Positions 1-28,065 of a stretch of 64,000 bases of DNA are shown in pieces. The position numbers were made by a program, and so were the translations under genes. Numbering within the stretch: the first letter of the stretch is position 1; each line of letters opens with the position of its first letter. The stretch is from the NCBI GenBank assembly GCA_002633005.1, contig NMRA01000118.1, forward strand, positions 806,707-870,706, written 5' to 3'. Under the pieces are notes generated by a model. It ran no database searches, had not been told where the DNA came from, and was given only the letters and a program-made list of their open reading frames with translations. Source of the DNA: Phoronis australis (Eukaryota; Animalia; Phoronida).

Positions 1-888
1 TTTGTGTGAAGTAGCATTCGCCGCAAATTCTCGTAAGCTCCAAGAAGGTCAGATGAGAAGGTACAGTAGTTACGCCATTCTCAAGTTCAAGTGCCAATTT
101 TTCTGCTCCGGTGATCTCAATGTCCTGCTTCCGCATTGTCCATTGTCTGTTTTCGTGAGGAGTATGTACAAATTCAGTGTTTCCCTGAGAAATTAGTAAC
201 GGGATTGTTAATTTCATGCCTGTATGTAATTACTTTTCAATGACGCTTTTCTCACTTTGCTGGTTATCTGTTTCAGCGTCTAAAGGGTTGTAAACTGTAT
301 TTTTAAAAACTGTTTTTGAGGCGTCTCATTGTACAAATGTCAACCACAGATAGAAGAACGGGCACTGAACGTTCACAAAGTGTACTTGTATGTGTATGGT
401 ATTACTTAAATGTTGTTGTAAATGAAATTAATTTGTTTACTTGTGTGTCATTCGTACAACAGTATTCGCCTGCGATTGTTGCCAGTATCAGAAATTAATA
501 TAGTGAATGGTACATTCGAAAATGAAATTGATTGTATCAATGATTTAACAATGCTGTGTAATCTATATCAAAGACTAAAGAAAGACGCAAATCTATTGTC
601 CATGTATATAAGTTGTGCTCAAATGTACATACTTGCTGATATTTTATTATTTGTAATGTGGGACAGTGACCTTGTTACAAGAAGCTTGGAGATAAGGAAT
701 ATTCGCGGTATTATTTTTGCGCTAATCATTATCCACTGTCACTGGGTGGATACACCTATGGTTCGGTGTAGGCGGTGTTTCACCAGAGCCCTCTACTCGC
801 ACTGAATGTTTTACCATGTTCGCTGATGTAGCAGATTCAATGTAGAGTTTCCAGACATGTTCCACATTTGATGGTTGATAAGTGTTAA

Positions 889-1430
889 AGAGGCATGGAA
901 CGCGAAAACTCGTCAAAAATATCTTTTAAATTTTTGACGAAAGTATCTTCTCGCAACCACTAGTACAGAGTAATTCACTTTCCCCTGTTAGGAAATTTCC
1001 AGAAAAATCACAAAATTCACGATTTTTAAAATACGCGCGGAGGAAAAACTGTGGTTACCACAATGTCTCTAATCTCCCTCCCACTTATGATAAATGCACG
1101 CATGCTCTTACGGTAAGTTGCTTGAAGTCGCTTGAGGTCAAAGGTCACATTTCCAGATGAGGGAAATGTGCTTAGTTTATGTCTTGCCATACCAAATAAG
1201 GAGACGGGCTTTGCCTTGCGTGAGAAAAATCGGCGGAGTGGCGAGCAATTAGTTGACAGGTCCTTTTTCGAAATTAGAAACTAAAAGTAAATGACTTGAT
1301 ATGAACAGAAATTACAAATCTTTACGAACAAACACTAAAAATACCTAGGGAGCAGGCTGAATTGTGTTTCAGTGGCTGAGAATCACTTTCAGTATTGCTA
1401 TTTAATCTGTTTATAGCGTTCCAGGCCTCT
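889..1430. mobile_element. Non-autonomous DNA transposon with TTAA TSD (Kolobok-like MITE)
   Basis: TTAA|AGAGGCATGGAACGC ... GCGTTCCAGGCCTCT|TTAA terminal inverted repeats. Confidence 0.7.
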
Positions 1431-4329
1431 TTAACGAGTACGGGGTTTTGAAGATTTGTGATTAGTGTAATCGGGTACTAATGTATAGTCCGGATACATA
1501 TAGTCGTCAGGCTCCAAAGGTCGTCCGCCATCTTCTTTCGCGTGCAGCACAGCCACGCGGGACTTAGCGTTCCAATTTGGAGTGCTCGTCTGCACGTTAG
1601 GTACTAACCTCTCGGGAGAAATGCGCATAGAAGAACTGAGACTAAAATTAATGCATTTACGGGACCACTTAAAAACTTGTAGATTTTACTAATGCACTTT
1701 TTTGTTCATTTTCAGAAGATATATTCGAAATTAAATTTTCTTCAGACGGAACAAAAAACAACTCAGAGATTGTTTATGCAATGTATCTATTTGTCCCAGG
1801 CACTAACCGACACCCGTTAGGTCAAAGGAAAAACGCAGCAGACAAATGGAACACGCTGGGTGCTTAACAGTTACGGCCCACGCCTTGGTCATCAAAATAT
1901 TGTCCACTTGTTTTTTATTGCAAAACAAACTACTGAGCTCAACATTTATGTTGAAATTTTTGGTTAAAGCATTTTGAATTATATTTGAAGAAAATTAAAA
2001 TACTTGAATTGATAGGGAATGGCCACCAATAAAGTAAAACATTGACTTTATTTCACTATATTGCATTGTTACATACAACACAGCATGACATATTCAAAAA
2101 TAAAAGAAGAGATTGAGCAATAAAATGCAACTACAACTTGGGTATTTACTTATTTATTTATGATTGCAGAAGGCTGTTAAAGGCGAGAAAAAATCAAACC
2201 ATACAATATTGGGTAATTTATTAGAACAATTGTATCAAGGTTCAATGATCAACTTGCACCGACAAAGTCTCAAAGGGTTACAGTTCTGTTTTGGCTGACA
2301 CGGTGTTAACAGAGAATGAAGAAAAACTGAAAAGAAAAAGTAAGACAGAAGAGATAAGTGGTGTTAAGAACAACAAGAGCAAAAAGTCGAATAAAGAGGA
2401 CACAAATAGAAAATAAGTAAGGTCTATCTGGAATAAAGCAATTGCGATTTATTTTCGAGAACAGAAATTCTAAATCAATTTTAATCGATTTAAAAATCAA
2501 TATCATACTAGTAAACCAGTTTGTGGTTGAAATAGAATTGCTGTAAACCACTTTCTACTATTTTCTTGGCCTTTTTCTGTGTGGTTTTCTGTTCTTTCAA
2601 AAGGCGGCAGCATATGACGACCATAGGAGTCATTATAAAATGGCTGCCGAAAAGCAATGCACAGTTCAAACAACTCGGCATAAATAAAGAAAATCTTTTG
2701 AATCAACTAATACTATGGATTTGTGAGAGTCAAGTTCTATGCGGAGCATAACTTTGAAGTGGAATAATTGGATGAGTATGACAATAAGTCGGTTTTATGC
2801 TTAGGCGGACGACCATTGGGTTCCCGAGTATACATGTATCTTCACCACACATCCGGAAATCATAGTTGTTCTGTGGTATTAACATTAAGGAGATATCTAC
2901 ATGTAATAAATAAACAATTGTTTGCAATGTATTGTCGAAGACAAAATAAGTAATCCACATAACATGAAATTGCCGTTTAAATTGAATACCAGCTTGGGTT
3001 AACTCCTTATCCAGCGAGTCCACGCATTTCCACATACATGTATGTTGTGTCTAATCGGGTCTAAGATATGTGAGCGCGGACAACTTTCATTATCAGAAAA
3101 GCAACCATAATAAATTTATTTTGACGTGCTAAAACCCAATTACAGTTAACCGACTTTTACTATTTGAACGCCAATTTCGGTCAATTTGTTGTGCTGTACA
3201 AATCCAAGGAATTGTTATTCTTGAAAATAGGTATTTTTTTCAGAGAGCAATCATATACTTTGATAGGCAGATTGTGTATTACAGTACATATGATGATCCT
3301 GCTTGCAAGGCTTGATCAACTTCGTGCTTTGAAACACAGCATGAAAATTTATTGCTGAGCGAAATTAAGTCCAGACGCCTCCTGCTTAGCGTTGCGCATA
3401 ATAGTGACCGGGGTATCTGGACGTCGCCTATGGATTAGCATATGTAAAAGTGACTGTAAATGAATAATCCATGCAATGACATTAAATCGGCATTAAACCG
3501 GAGTGCAGTTCAGTAACACTAGGACCAAAAAACAAAACTTCAAGATATTGTCGTGCACTTTAAATGAGGACGTTTGATTTTGGCTAGACTCTTTTAGTCG
3601 CGAAGTACATGTATAGCCCTTGCTTTCTTATAAAAAAAGTTTTTATTACACAAAACTCCGGTTTGGTTTCAACTCTAGATGACAGCGGTTTTTAAAATTT
3701 CACATTTCTTCTAGATAAATGGACCTAACAAAACTTTACACGAGGAATTCAATTTTAGAAGAGAAAGAAATGAAAAATCACCAGTTTTAGTCCATGATAA
3801 ATCAGTTTATTTTAGTCAGTGTTGTATTACCGTGAAGTAATCACTAATCCACTATTCCACATGACAGAACCTTAGATCAGATTCCCCCCTTGATAAACAG
3901 GCCTTTATCGTAAGTTGGTGGTGAAAGTTCATTTTCAAAAGGGGCATTTTCCTTCAAAAGAAGGTCAAATCATCAGTACTAAACCTCTCCATGAAAACAT
4001 TTTAGAATTCGAAGATGTTATTTTGGATTGTGCAAACCACAAGTGTCAGTTTTTGTCTTAATTATACAGTGAAACTGATTAATGTTGATTCAACGAAATG
4101 AGTGTCACTCTATTACATGTACCAAGAACTTGTACCTAGTATATTAATTCAGTCGTGTGTGCAGACCACAGGTGTTAGCTCTTGTCTTGATAATACAGTG
4201 AGGCTGGTTTAATTGTTGAGTTGAATCTCATCTAGTGTTTAAATGTTAGAACGTTACATGTGACGAAAGCTTTAACAGTAAATCTTATGAAAAATCAGAC
4301 TCGGAGGATGGGCACGTAACTGGTTGCCG

Positions 4330-4530
4330 ACCGGAGTAGATATTTGCGGTGTTTAGTAATTATTTGTCACATACAATGTAATTATTTGCGGTATAAAGTA
4401 ATTATTTGCGGGGTAAAGTAATTATTTGCGGAGTAAATTAACCTTTTCGGCGGCGTAAAGTAAGAATTTGGGGCGAAAAGTAATTATTTACGGCATTAAA
4501 AGTTATATCTAACGCCGCAAATAATTTATT
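4330..4530. repeat. Degenerate ~20-bp tandem repeats (AAAGTAATTATTTGCGG)
   Basis: Several consecutive imperfect copies, probably internal to a MITE. Confidence 0.6.
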
Positions 4531-5608
4531 TACGAGAATGAACTAACGCACGTAATTTACGTGCGTAACCTTCACCCATTATTTGGTCAACGATACTGAG
4601 GAACACCTGGATCACCACTGCAAGCGACTAGCGGATGTCCTGTTTAACTCGAGGAAAATCAACTTCATCAAAGTTCTTAATTTTCCTCGAATTAGACAGG
4701 GCCCCCACAAACCTTTTGTAAGTGGTGAGCCGTGTACATGGTCTGCACACTTCTCCATGTTACGATGATTTTCTTTTCCCAACTGCCCTTTTGGTCCTAT
4801 GCGGACGCATCAATGAATTCACGGTTTCGTGCCTGGTCAAGGCAGACATGTGTTTTATACCCTGCGCGTTTCTCCTACGGCTTAGGACACTGATTCATCG
4901 GAATTGTGTCTTTCTAGTTCATTTTACGATACAAGAGCAAGTCTAACAGTCGCCTAGATATTAATTGTTTCTTAAAGTCACTAAGCCTATGCTATCCGCT
5001 TTTTTCCTGGCGGAATCACGAGTATATTCAACTTTGAACGCATTAGTACCCGGCGCCAGGGCGTGGGTTAATGTCAAAGACCAGACATGCTTTCAGTCCT
5101 ATAACCACCCAGCTAGCTGTAATGAAGAACTTAAAGTTTCTTTTACAGCTTTTAATATGGGGGGCTCGAATTTCTGACGGTTTGGACGTTTTGCTGACAA
5201 ATGAAACCTGGTGGACTAAAACGGCAGGGTATCATGCACCTTCAGAACTGTGAAATGTGCATCTGCGCCTTTTTTTAGAGGACTTTTGTTTCGTTTTCTT
5301 GGGCTTTTTGTTTCTCTAAGACGGTCCTTTTTCAGTGCCCATTTCGCCAAATGGGTGACTTTTTCGAGCCGCCCCGCCCCCGCTATAGTGCACGTACGGT
5401 GCGCACATGATTCACTATGCGGCATTCACTAGTAAAAGCTTATACTCATAATACAGCTTTGCACAAAGGCTGGTATTCTCCTAGTTTCCCGATACAGTGC
5501 TACGAGCGCGTGTATGTAGGGGTGTGCAAAATAAACGCGTAAACACAGCCAGTACATGTCGGCGGACGAACTTCTAGCGGCACTCGCTGACTGCGATGCG
5601 TCTATCAA

Positions 5609-5661
5609 TGCGCATGCTCAAACAGCGGTTAACCGCCTTTTCACTTCCGTATTTACTCAGT
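5609..5661 (+). promoter_or_regulatory. Probable IDH1 core promoter
   Basis: NRF1-like TGCGCATGC at ~5609, ETS-like CACTTCCG at ~5642 and initiator-like TCAGT at ~5657, all within 90 nt upstream of the ATG in a locally CpG-rich patch. Confidence 0.45.
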
Positions 5662-5694
5662 AACGAGCACGATTGAGTTGTCTTTGCTGTCATT

Positions 5695-21263
<15,569 letters not shown>

Positions 21264-21266
<3 letters not shown>

Positions 21267-21299
21267 CTAACTCAGGGCAAATATAGTTCCAAGCTTTAA
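21264..21299 (+). other. IDH1: Predicted stop-codon readthrough extension of IDH1 (X-LTQGKYSSKL*) ending in a PTS1 peroxisomal signal
   Basis: AGT TGA CTA ACT CAG GGC AAA TAT AGT TCC AAG CTT TAA: a UGA-CUA readthrough context followed by an in-frame extension ending SKL. Confidence 0.8.
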
Positions 21300-21955
21300 A
21301 CATGACCTTAAGGTTTATGCAACCACGGTTGTAAATGTATTGCACCAATTACGCATGCAGTTGTCTCCCAACGATTAATTTTCCAAGATTTTTTGTGATC
21401 TTTTTATCATGGTAGTGATAGTTGTTTTTGTTGTTAAGTTGAATTATTATTTTTAAATGCTGTTTAATAGAAAGTGTAGTATCAGGGTACGAACTGTTGT
21501 CATTTGTCTTACAATTTTAGGATTTATAGACAAAATAGAACTGGTTTTAGATATTTTAGAATTAAAAGATAAATGTTCGCAAATTAATGATAATTTGTTC
21601 TAGTCAAGTCACCGAAACAAAGTGAATTGTACATCCCTTAGGATTGTTTACAATAACGGTGTGTTTACAGGGGTGCTTCTCATTTCCACTAGTCAATGAC
21701 CGTGATATCAGACTTGCTCCTTCCAGTATTCATGTAGTTAGAGAATGGACACATTGAAAGTATTTGATTAAGTTGTGTTGAAAATGGTAAATTAAATAAT
21801 TCTATTTTTTCATATATCACTTTGTTTTGTGTCAGATTGGTCTGCAATATAATCTGTGCATATGTTGGTTAAGAATTACAGATTTTTGTTTTTTGAGAGG
21901 TTATAAGATTTATAAGTCTGTGATTGAACGCTGTACTGAAGCTTTAAAGTCATCC

Positions 21956-21961
21956 AATAAA
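21956..21961 (+). terminator. Candidate IDH1 polyadenylation signal
   Basis: AATAAA about 690 nt after the stop, followed by GT/T-rich sequence. An ATTAAA at ~21791 is an alternative. Confidence 0.4.
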
Positions 21962-24099
21962 GTATGTTTGGACTGTTATTCCTTGTCATTCGTCTTCAAC
22001 ATATCCTCCTTAGGTCCTCTAAAAACATGACCCGCCCTTGGTGCCCTTTTTCACGTACACCTCCGGCTTCGCCACCATAGGCTACTTTGATGCGGTGCAT
22101 ATTCTTTTACCTACATGTGTATAAAGTCGAGTATTCCAAACAGGCTAACATTTGGTCTTCATGAAACAGGAGTTTGTAGAGTCTGCCGAACTCTGTAAAC
22201 TACCACATGTACTTGAATGACATTACACTAGCTTCGTATGCCCGAATGCTCGGTTTTCGTAGTGCACGCAGGTCGTTCACTTTTTTAATAGTTACCAAAA
22301 ATGTTATACCATTAAATTCAGCCGCGCAAACCGCAGTGAGCATTATATTCGGCTGTACATTTGAGCACAGGGGTCACGGAGCCCTTGTAACACGTGCTCT
22401 CAATAACGTCAATGGATACTAAATTGCGACGAGCTTGGAACAACCGTATACTGATAAAGGATTGCTGGAGAACAGATATGGAAATCAGCTTGTGAGATAA
22501 TGAAAGCGTGAGACCAGCTAAGCGAAGCTCTGGCAAATGGTATGACAGTGGATGCCGCGTGCTTAACGACTTGGAATCGTGTATATGCCGCTGAGTGTAC
22601 ATGTACAGTAACTGATACCCGTCCATCCTCCTCCGTGATGGCCATTTGCGATTGTTAAGTCCATATGCTGGTAACAGTTTCAGAGAAAAAATCTCTTCAG
22701 GACCACATAGAATTTTTTTTGTAGTACAATGTAGTCTATACATGTACGTATCCAGGGAATTTCCCTGCTGCGCATTTGGGGTCTTCATGACTTATGAGTC
22801 TTCGCAACAGTAGGATATGGTACTACAGTCGAAATGGCATTCATGATCTGTTCTTAAGTAAATAAAAATTACATCATAGTACTATCAAACAACTAAGTCA
22901 CCTTTTCTTGGGCCACGTGTAAAGACAATGTTGTAAACCTGAAAAAGCACACCAGAATGAAAATCGGATGTGCCCCATTTCTGGCTTCACTATGCGTACA
23001 TGCGCGTAACAGGAGTATACAAATGAGGACGTGATCGCGAGTTTAAATTTAGAAGTCCAGCATAGATCCCTTTAACCCGGCCCTGTTGCTCACCAGCAAC
23101 ACAGATGGGCACGGTCCCAGACCAACTGCTGCACTCATGATGATCAAAGTTCATACCTGTCGACCAAGATCGGGCAAGCGATGTCACAAAATTGTAGTTG
23201 ACAAAAGTTTTGACAGTTTAGGTGTGGTTATCGTGGTGTGCAACATGTTCATATTTTGAGTTCCTTTACACTTAACTAATTCCCAGAATTTTTTTGATAA
23301 AATGAGAGTTCAAAAGTGATGGTTTATTTTATGTTTACCTGCAACACACGTTCTTACTTTGTATTTGCGTATATGGTTGCTACACGCCTCTGTTGGGGAC
23401 CATGTTCATCACTTGGTCCGGACACGGGTCCAGAAGAACTCGACTAGTTTTGTCAGTTCCGGGTATGGATTTTGATTACCGGTATATAGCGCGTGCAAGG
23501 AGCTTATTGGTTTGGGCATTTAATTGTACGGGGGGGGGGGTGTAGTGGTCTAGCACTGGATTTAGGGCTTTTGCTTACTGGATGGGAGTTACGATATTAG
23601 TTATGTATTATATAGTACCCAAGAAAAACGTCGGAGCAGCGTATCTCAGGGACGGATGATTGGGTTCACATGAAATGTTCAGATACTCTGTTTCATTATT
23701 TTCATGAAAAAACTTGTTGCACAAAGTGAAAAGAAAACTAGAAAACTGTTCCGCTTCTTTTAGGATCTCACTTTGGACATTCATACCACTGATAAAGAAC
23801 TCGTTGATGTTATTGGTACTGTTGCTCTGCCGGTCATTGCGCTTTTCTTTTTTGCTAAATTTACTAAAAAGACAGAGTAAAGGGATCCAATTAGTAACTG
23901 ATACGTGAAAATTTGAAAATCAAATTCTTCCGGCTTTTAGAAAATGTGTTCTGGCTAAGTCAAAACCAAATAGTTTCGCAAATATTTCTCTAAGTACCCA
24001 AATTTGTCAATATGGTCCCAACCTTAACGCGCTAGTGTTTGCTTGTTCGTAAACATTACACGTGCACGGCACGTGAAAATGAGAAAAACAGCCAGTAGA

Positions 24100-24450
24100 C
24101 TATTGGTCGACGGAGGGACGATGAGGGAGAAAGATGCACATGTCAATAATTATCTTAATCCTGATTAGAACAACCAAAAGCAACTCTTATAGCGACACCT
24201 CCCGTATGATATTGGAACATCGTTACATAAGATAGAACTTGTATTAAAAGCTTCATTTCGCCGGCCCCGTGTCACTAGTGGCTGGTTAAAATTAAACATG
24301 TCTTCAGGCTTGTCATCGTTGCTCGGGCCGATCGTTTCAGCCTGTGAGCTCGTCAGACTGGGCAACTTCATTTTTCCTGTGAGCCTAAATATCTCTTCAA
24401 GCATTTTGATACAAGAAGAGAGGACAGATTTCAAGTTGCGCATTTTTACA
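24100..24450 (-). mobile_element. Highly degraded CR1-like LINE ORF2 C-terminal fragment
   Basis: Minus-strand LEEIFRLTGK..MFNFNQPLVTRGR resembles the CR1 'xxFKxLxG...FF...TRGH' motif. The match is weak. Confidence 0.35.
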
Positions 24451-25427
24451 AAAAAAAAACAACAGATTTTTGTGCTCGCCAAAAGTCTTGTCAACCGAGA
24501 GGTGGCGCATGTTTGCTTTTTTAGCCAATCACAAGGCAGCTCAAAAGTTGAGGTTTACAAGATCACTTATTCATTAATATACGGAACGGTGAAAAATAAA
24601 ATTAGTGCTGGAGAAATTTTAAATTTACCGCAGTTTTATGACTTAGTTTGGCTCAAATTTACAGTTTCTCCTAGGTTGTTACGAATTTGTCATTACAATG
24701 GTTGGATATTTCAGCTGTTTTTCTGCACGCTTCAACACAGATTTTAACGTAATAAATACACATACAATGTCGTTATCACCACCAGCTACATTTTAATCCA
24801 TTCTACACACTGTCCATTGAGGAACATTTCCAGAAAAGTAGATTGAATCATATATTTTTGAACATCCATGTTGACCCTTTCAGAGTTTTAAAGCTGGCAT
24901 AGATTTCCTTAAATGTTGTTACCACAACCAGTCGACTACTTCTGCAAAATTCAAAGTACAAAAGTTCACAAAATATTTTCTTAAAAGGATATTAAACCCT
25001 GTTTTGATTAATTCCACCCATCTTCGTTCTGTCTTCTGTGTGTTTATGTCTTGGTTCAAGCTATGGAAATTTGCAGTGTCACATCTAATAAGCATGTGAT
25101 TTTGTTGTTTTCGAATACTTTCTATTCCAATTTGCAAAATTGTTTTTTAACAATTTTGTAAATTTTAAAATTTTATGGAAAAGTGTTACTTTAAAATACG
25201 GGGATTTTTCATTCATAAAACATAGTGGTTTGTGGTATCACAAACGAAATTGATTTTATCATTCTCCCGTAGCCTACAGCCCACGGCACAGTTGTTCTGT
25301 CTTAAGAATTCCCTTATCTTGTTAGGAATTGGTTTCTTCTATCACATTTTTAAGGCAAAATATGCGTTCGAACTACAAAATCAGCACTTATGTAAACAAA
25401 GACATTGTATTAATAGACAATACATGC

Positions 25428-25555
25428 NNNNNNNNNNNNNNNNNNNNNNNNNNNNNNNNNNNNNNNNNNNNNNNNNNNNNNNNNNNNNNNNNNNNNNNNN
25501 NNNNNNNNNNNNNNNNNNNNNNNNNNNNNNNNNNNNNNNNNNNNNNNNNNNNNNN
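25428..25555. other. Assembly gap (N run)
   Basis: Run of N. Confidence 1.
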
Positions 25556-27607
25556 CCCCCCCGGGTGCGCGCATGCTCTAAACCGAAAGAGGTTTGTCTT
25601 TGTTTACATTTGCGCTGTTTTTTTACCAATAAGAGCACCATAAGCGACTCGGGAAACCTTCAACTCTGTCAATGAAGTTGGCCACTTTTAAAATTGCCAA
25701 CTTGAAAATGACGCACGTACGAGCAGCTTGCGACCTGAATTTTCTGCTCATTCGGCAATACATGTATATCAATGAATAATTGTGGTAATGTTTTCATGTC
25801 CCAAAACGGCTCGTTAAGCATTAAACGTTGTCATCAATTAGCCGTGACGATATTTACCTTTGAAGAAAATATGCTGTGCAAGGCTGCGTGTTTCAGTAGT
25901 GCTATATTGCATAAAGGTAGATACTGCATCAAAACTGCAATAGGGTAACTTCTTTTTGAGAAAAGACAGCATGGTACATTACGATCATGTTGTGATCGCG
26001 CAACAGGAGGTACATGTAAGAACTAAAATGTCCCTGCGATTATGCTACTTTTTCACAAACAATTCGAATCAGCAAGAAATATTGCAGGCTGTTCTAGACT
26101 TTCATAAACCAATTGTTCCTTCATTTATTGGCCAAGTGGATGCACAAACAAAAGCTGACCTGTTTCTTTTGTACCCACTAAAGAACATGTTGTCTCTCTT
26201 CGAATCTCTTATTGCACACCAACTGAAGTACTACCTGTTGTCAATTGCTATGAAACTGAGAAGTGGACGTACTCATCTGATTCATGCTTTCGTTGTTGTC
26301 TATATTTGTCTGAGCAAGGGTGTGAAATCCAGTTTTAAACCACACTATATAACAAAAAAATTCGTTATAAAAGACATCACTGTTGCCTTCTGATCGTATA
26401 GTCAGCAACTTCAGATACTTGTAGTTCGTTATCGGAATGAAACTAAAATTGCGTAATTAGAGGCAAGGTTGCGTTGACTCTGCTCGTTCTCACAGCGATT
26501 TTGCATGTATATAAACAAGACGACCCCTAATAGCATCTTATGGGATATTGTCTGCAGCTTATAAAGACCGAAAGACAATGTAAGTTACAACTGGGTGATA
26601 TGAGCGCCCCGTTCTTGATATTCGTGAAAAGATTTTAGTAACTATCCGTGACATCATTATCGTGTAACGTAGTCAAAGCAACGCCCTATGACCATATACA
26701 CTGTATGATTTTAACGAGTTTGCTTCATTTCTCTTGAGGGTTTTACTGGGGTATATATATTTATTCGATAGATTTTCGAGAACTTTTATTGTGTCGGGAT
26801 TTCTTCGGGAAGTTAATGCAGGAAGTTTTTTGGGTAACTTCTGATACGTAGGATCAGTATTAATTGTCACAGATTGAATTACATTTCTTCAAAATTCTTG
26901 ATCACAAAATGTTATTATGTGCACGAAAGCAATTCTTAGATGTTCGGTAATCACTCGATTGCATTTTTTCTATAAAATCGTGATCGCCGCACGAAGTTTG
27001 CAGATTCTGTTTCTTTAATATACAAGTACAAAAAATAATCAGAGATTTTCTTTAGAGGCCTTTTAGCCCGAAAACCTGGCTGTCAAAATTACTTTTATAA
27101 TTCTTTTCAGGGAATGTTTAGGTCTTCATTGTTACAGCAGAATTCTGAGGCTACCAAGCCGTAAAGTGTACTAAAACCCGGTTTAGGCCTATTGACAGAT
27201 AGTGAAAACGACTTTCGTATTCAGTTCTCTGAAACAAAATCATGCTCTGTAACCCACGACAAACCTCAAATGTTTCGAGGAAATTTTGAAAACTTATTTT
27301 AGTGTCAGCTACGCTTTGAGCGAATTACATGGCAACTGTGGGAAGGACCACGATGCCCTGTGTGCGAGATACACTGTAGGGGGTATGAATATTTAGCTGA
27401 TTCCTGCTGAGTCTTTCAAGACTGACGCCAACGATACATGAGCAGGTGAGAGAACGAGGATTGGTTGAAATTACCAAAACAAGGTTCAGTGTCCTTTTGA
27501 AGGGAAACCCCACCTTTGCAGCTTACATTTTAAAAATAGAGCATTGGTGAGTTTGATCGGGAAATATCAGGCTTAGCTCAAATTCACGATTTTTAGAAAC
27601 CATGCAT

Positions 27608-27762
27608 CTGGGCCCAGTTGCATAAAAGTTATACGCTGCATGGGAACAATGACGTCGCATTATCACCCGCCACGTTGTTATTGTTGAACAATGCACCTGA
27701 CATCACGCAACAATCAAACTTATCCAGCGGATAATTTTGAAGTTTTATGCAACCCAGCCCAG
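27608..27762. mobile_element. Short PIF/Harbinger-like MITE
   Basis: CTGGGCCCAGTTGCATAAAA ... TTTTATGCAACCCAGCCCAG inverted ends. Confidence 0.6.
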
Positions 27763-28065
27763 GTGAATTGTGATCGTTTTTACATTTTTTTGCACATAAT
27801 AACATTACGTGACAACGAATGGTTTTAAAATATATATTTTCATGTAACTACAGTACATGTACAATTGACACGCGCATTGTACTTCAAATATAATTGTTGA
27901 TGTTAAAATCTCACTACCCTGAGCAGCAGTGTCACATAACGAAATTAGAGACAGTGCTATAGGGGGAGTCGCCGTTGACTTAATACTCAAGGAAAACAGG
28001 TTCACACCCCGACCAAGTATCACAATTAACAATTTGTGTAACCGTAGTAACGCTGAATATTTTAG

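Noticed and set aside
422-805. 127-aa ORF and similar short ORFs (e.g. 24298-24747, 25956-26393, 38945-39493, 42185-42550)
   Set aside because: They show no recognisable motifs or splice-consistent partners and have AT-rich composition typical of chance ORFs; one spans an N gap.
27303-27445. Additional coding exon of the ShKT gene (CGKDHDALCARY)
   Set aside because: It contains in-frame stops and lies upstream of the signal-peptide ATG; at most a 5'UTR exon ending at the CAG|GTGAG donor.
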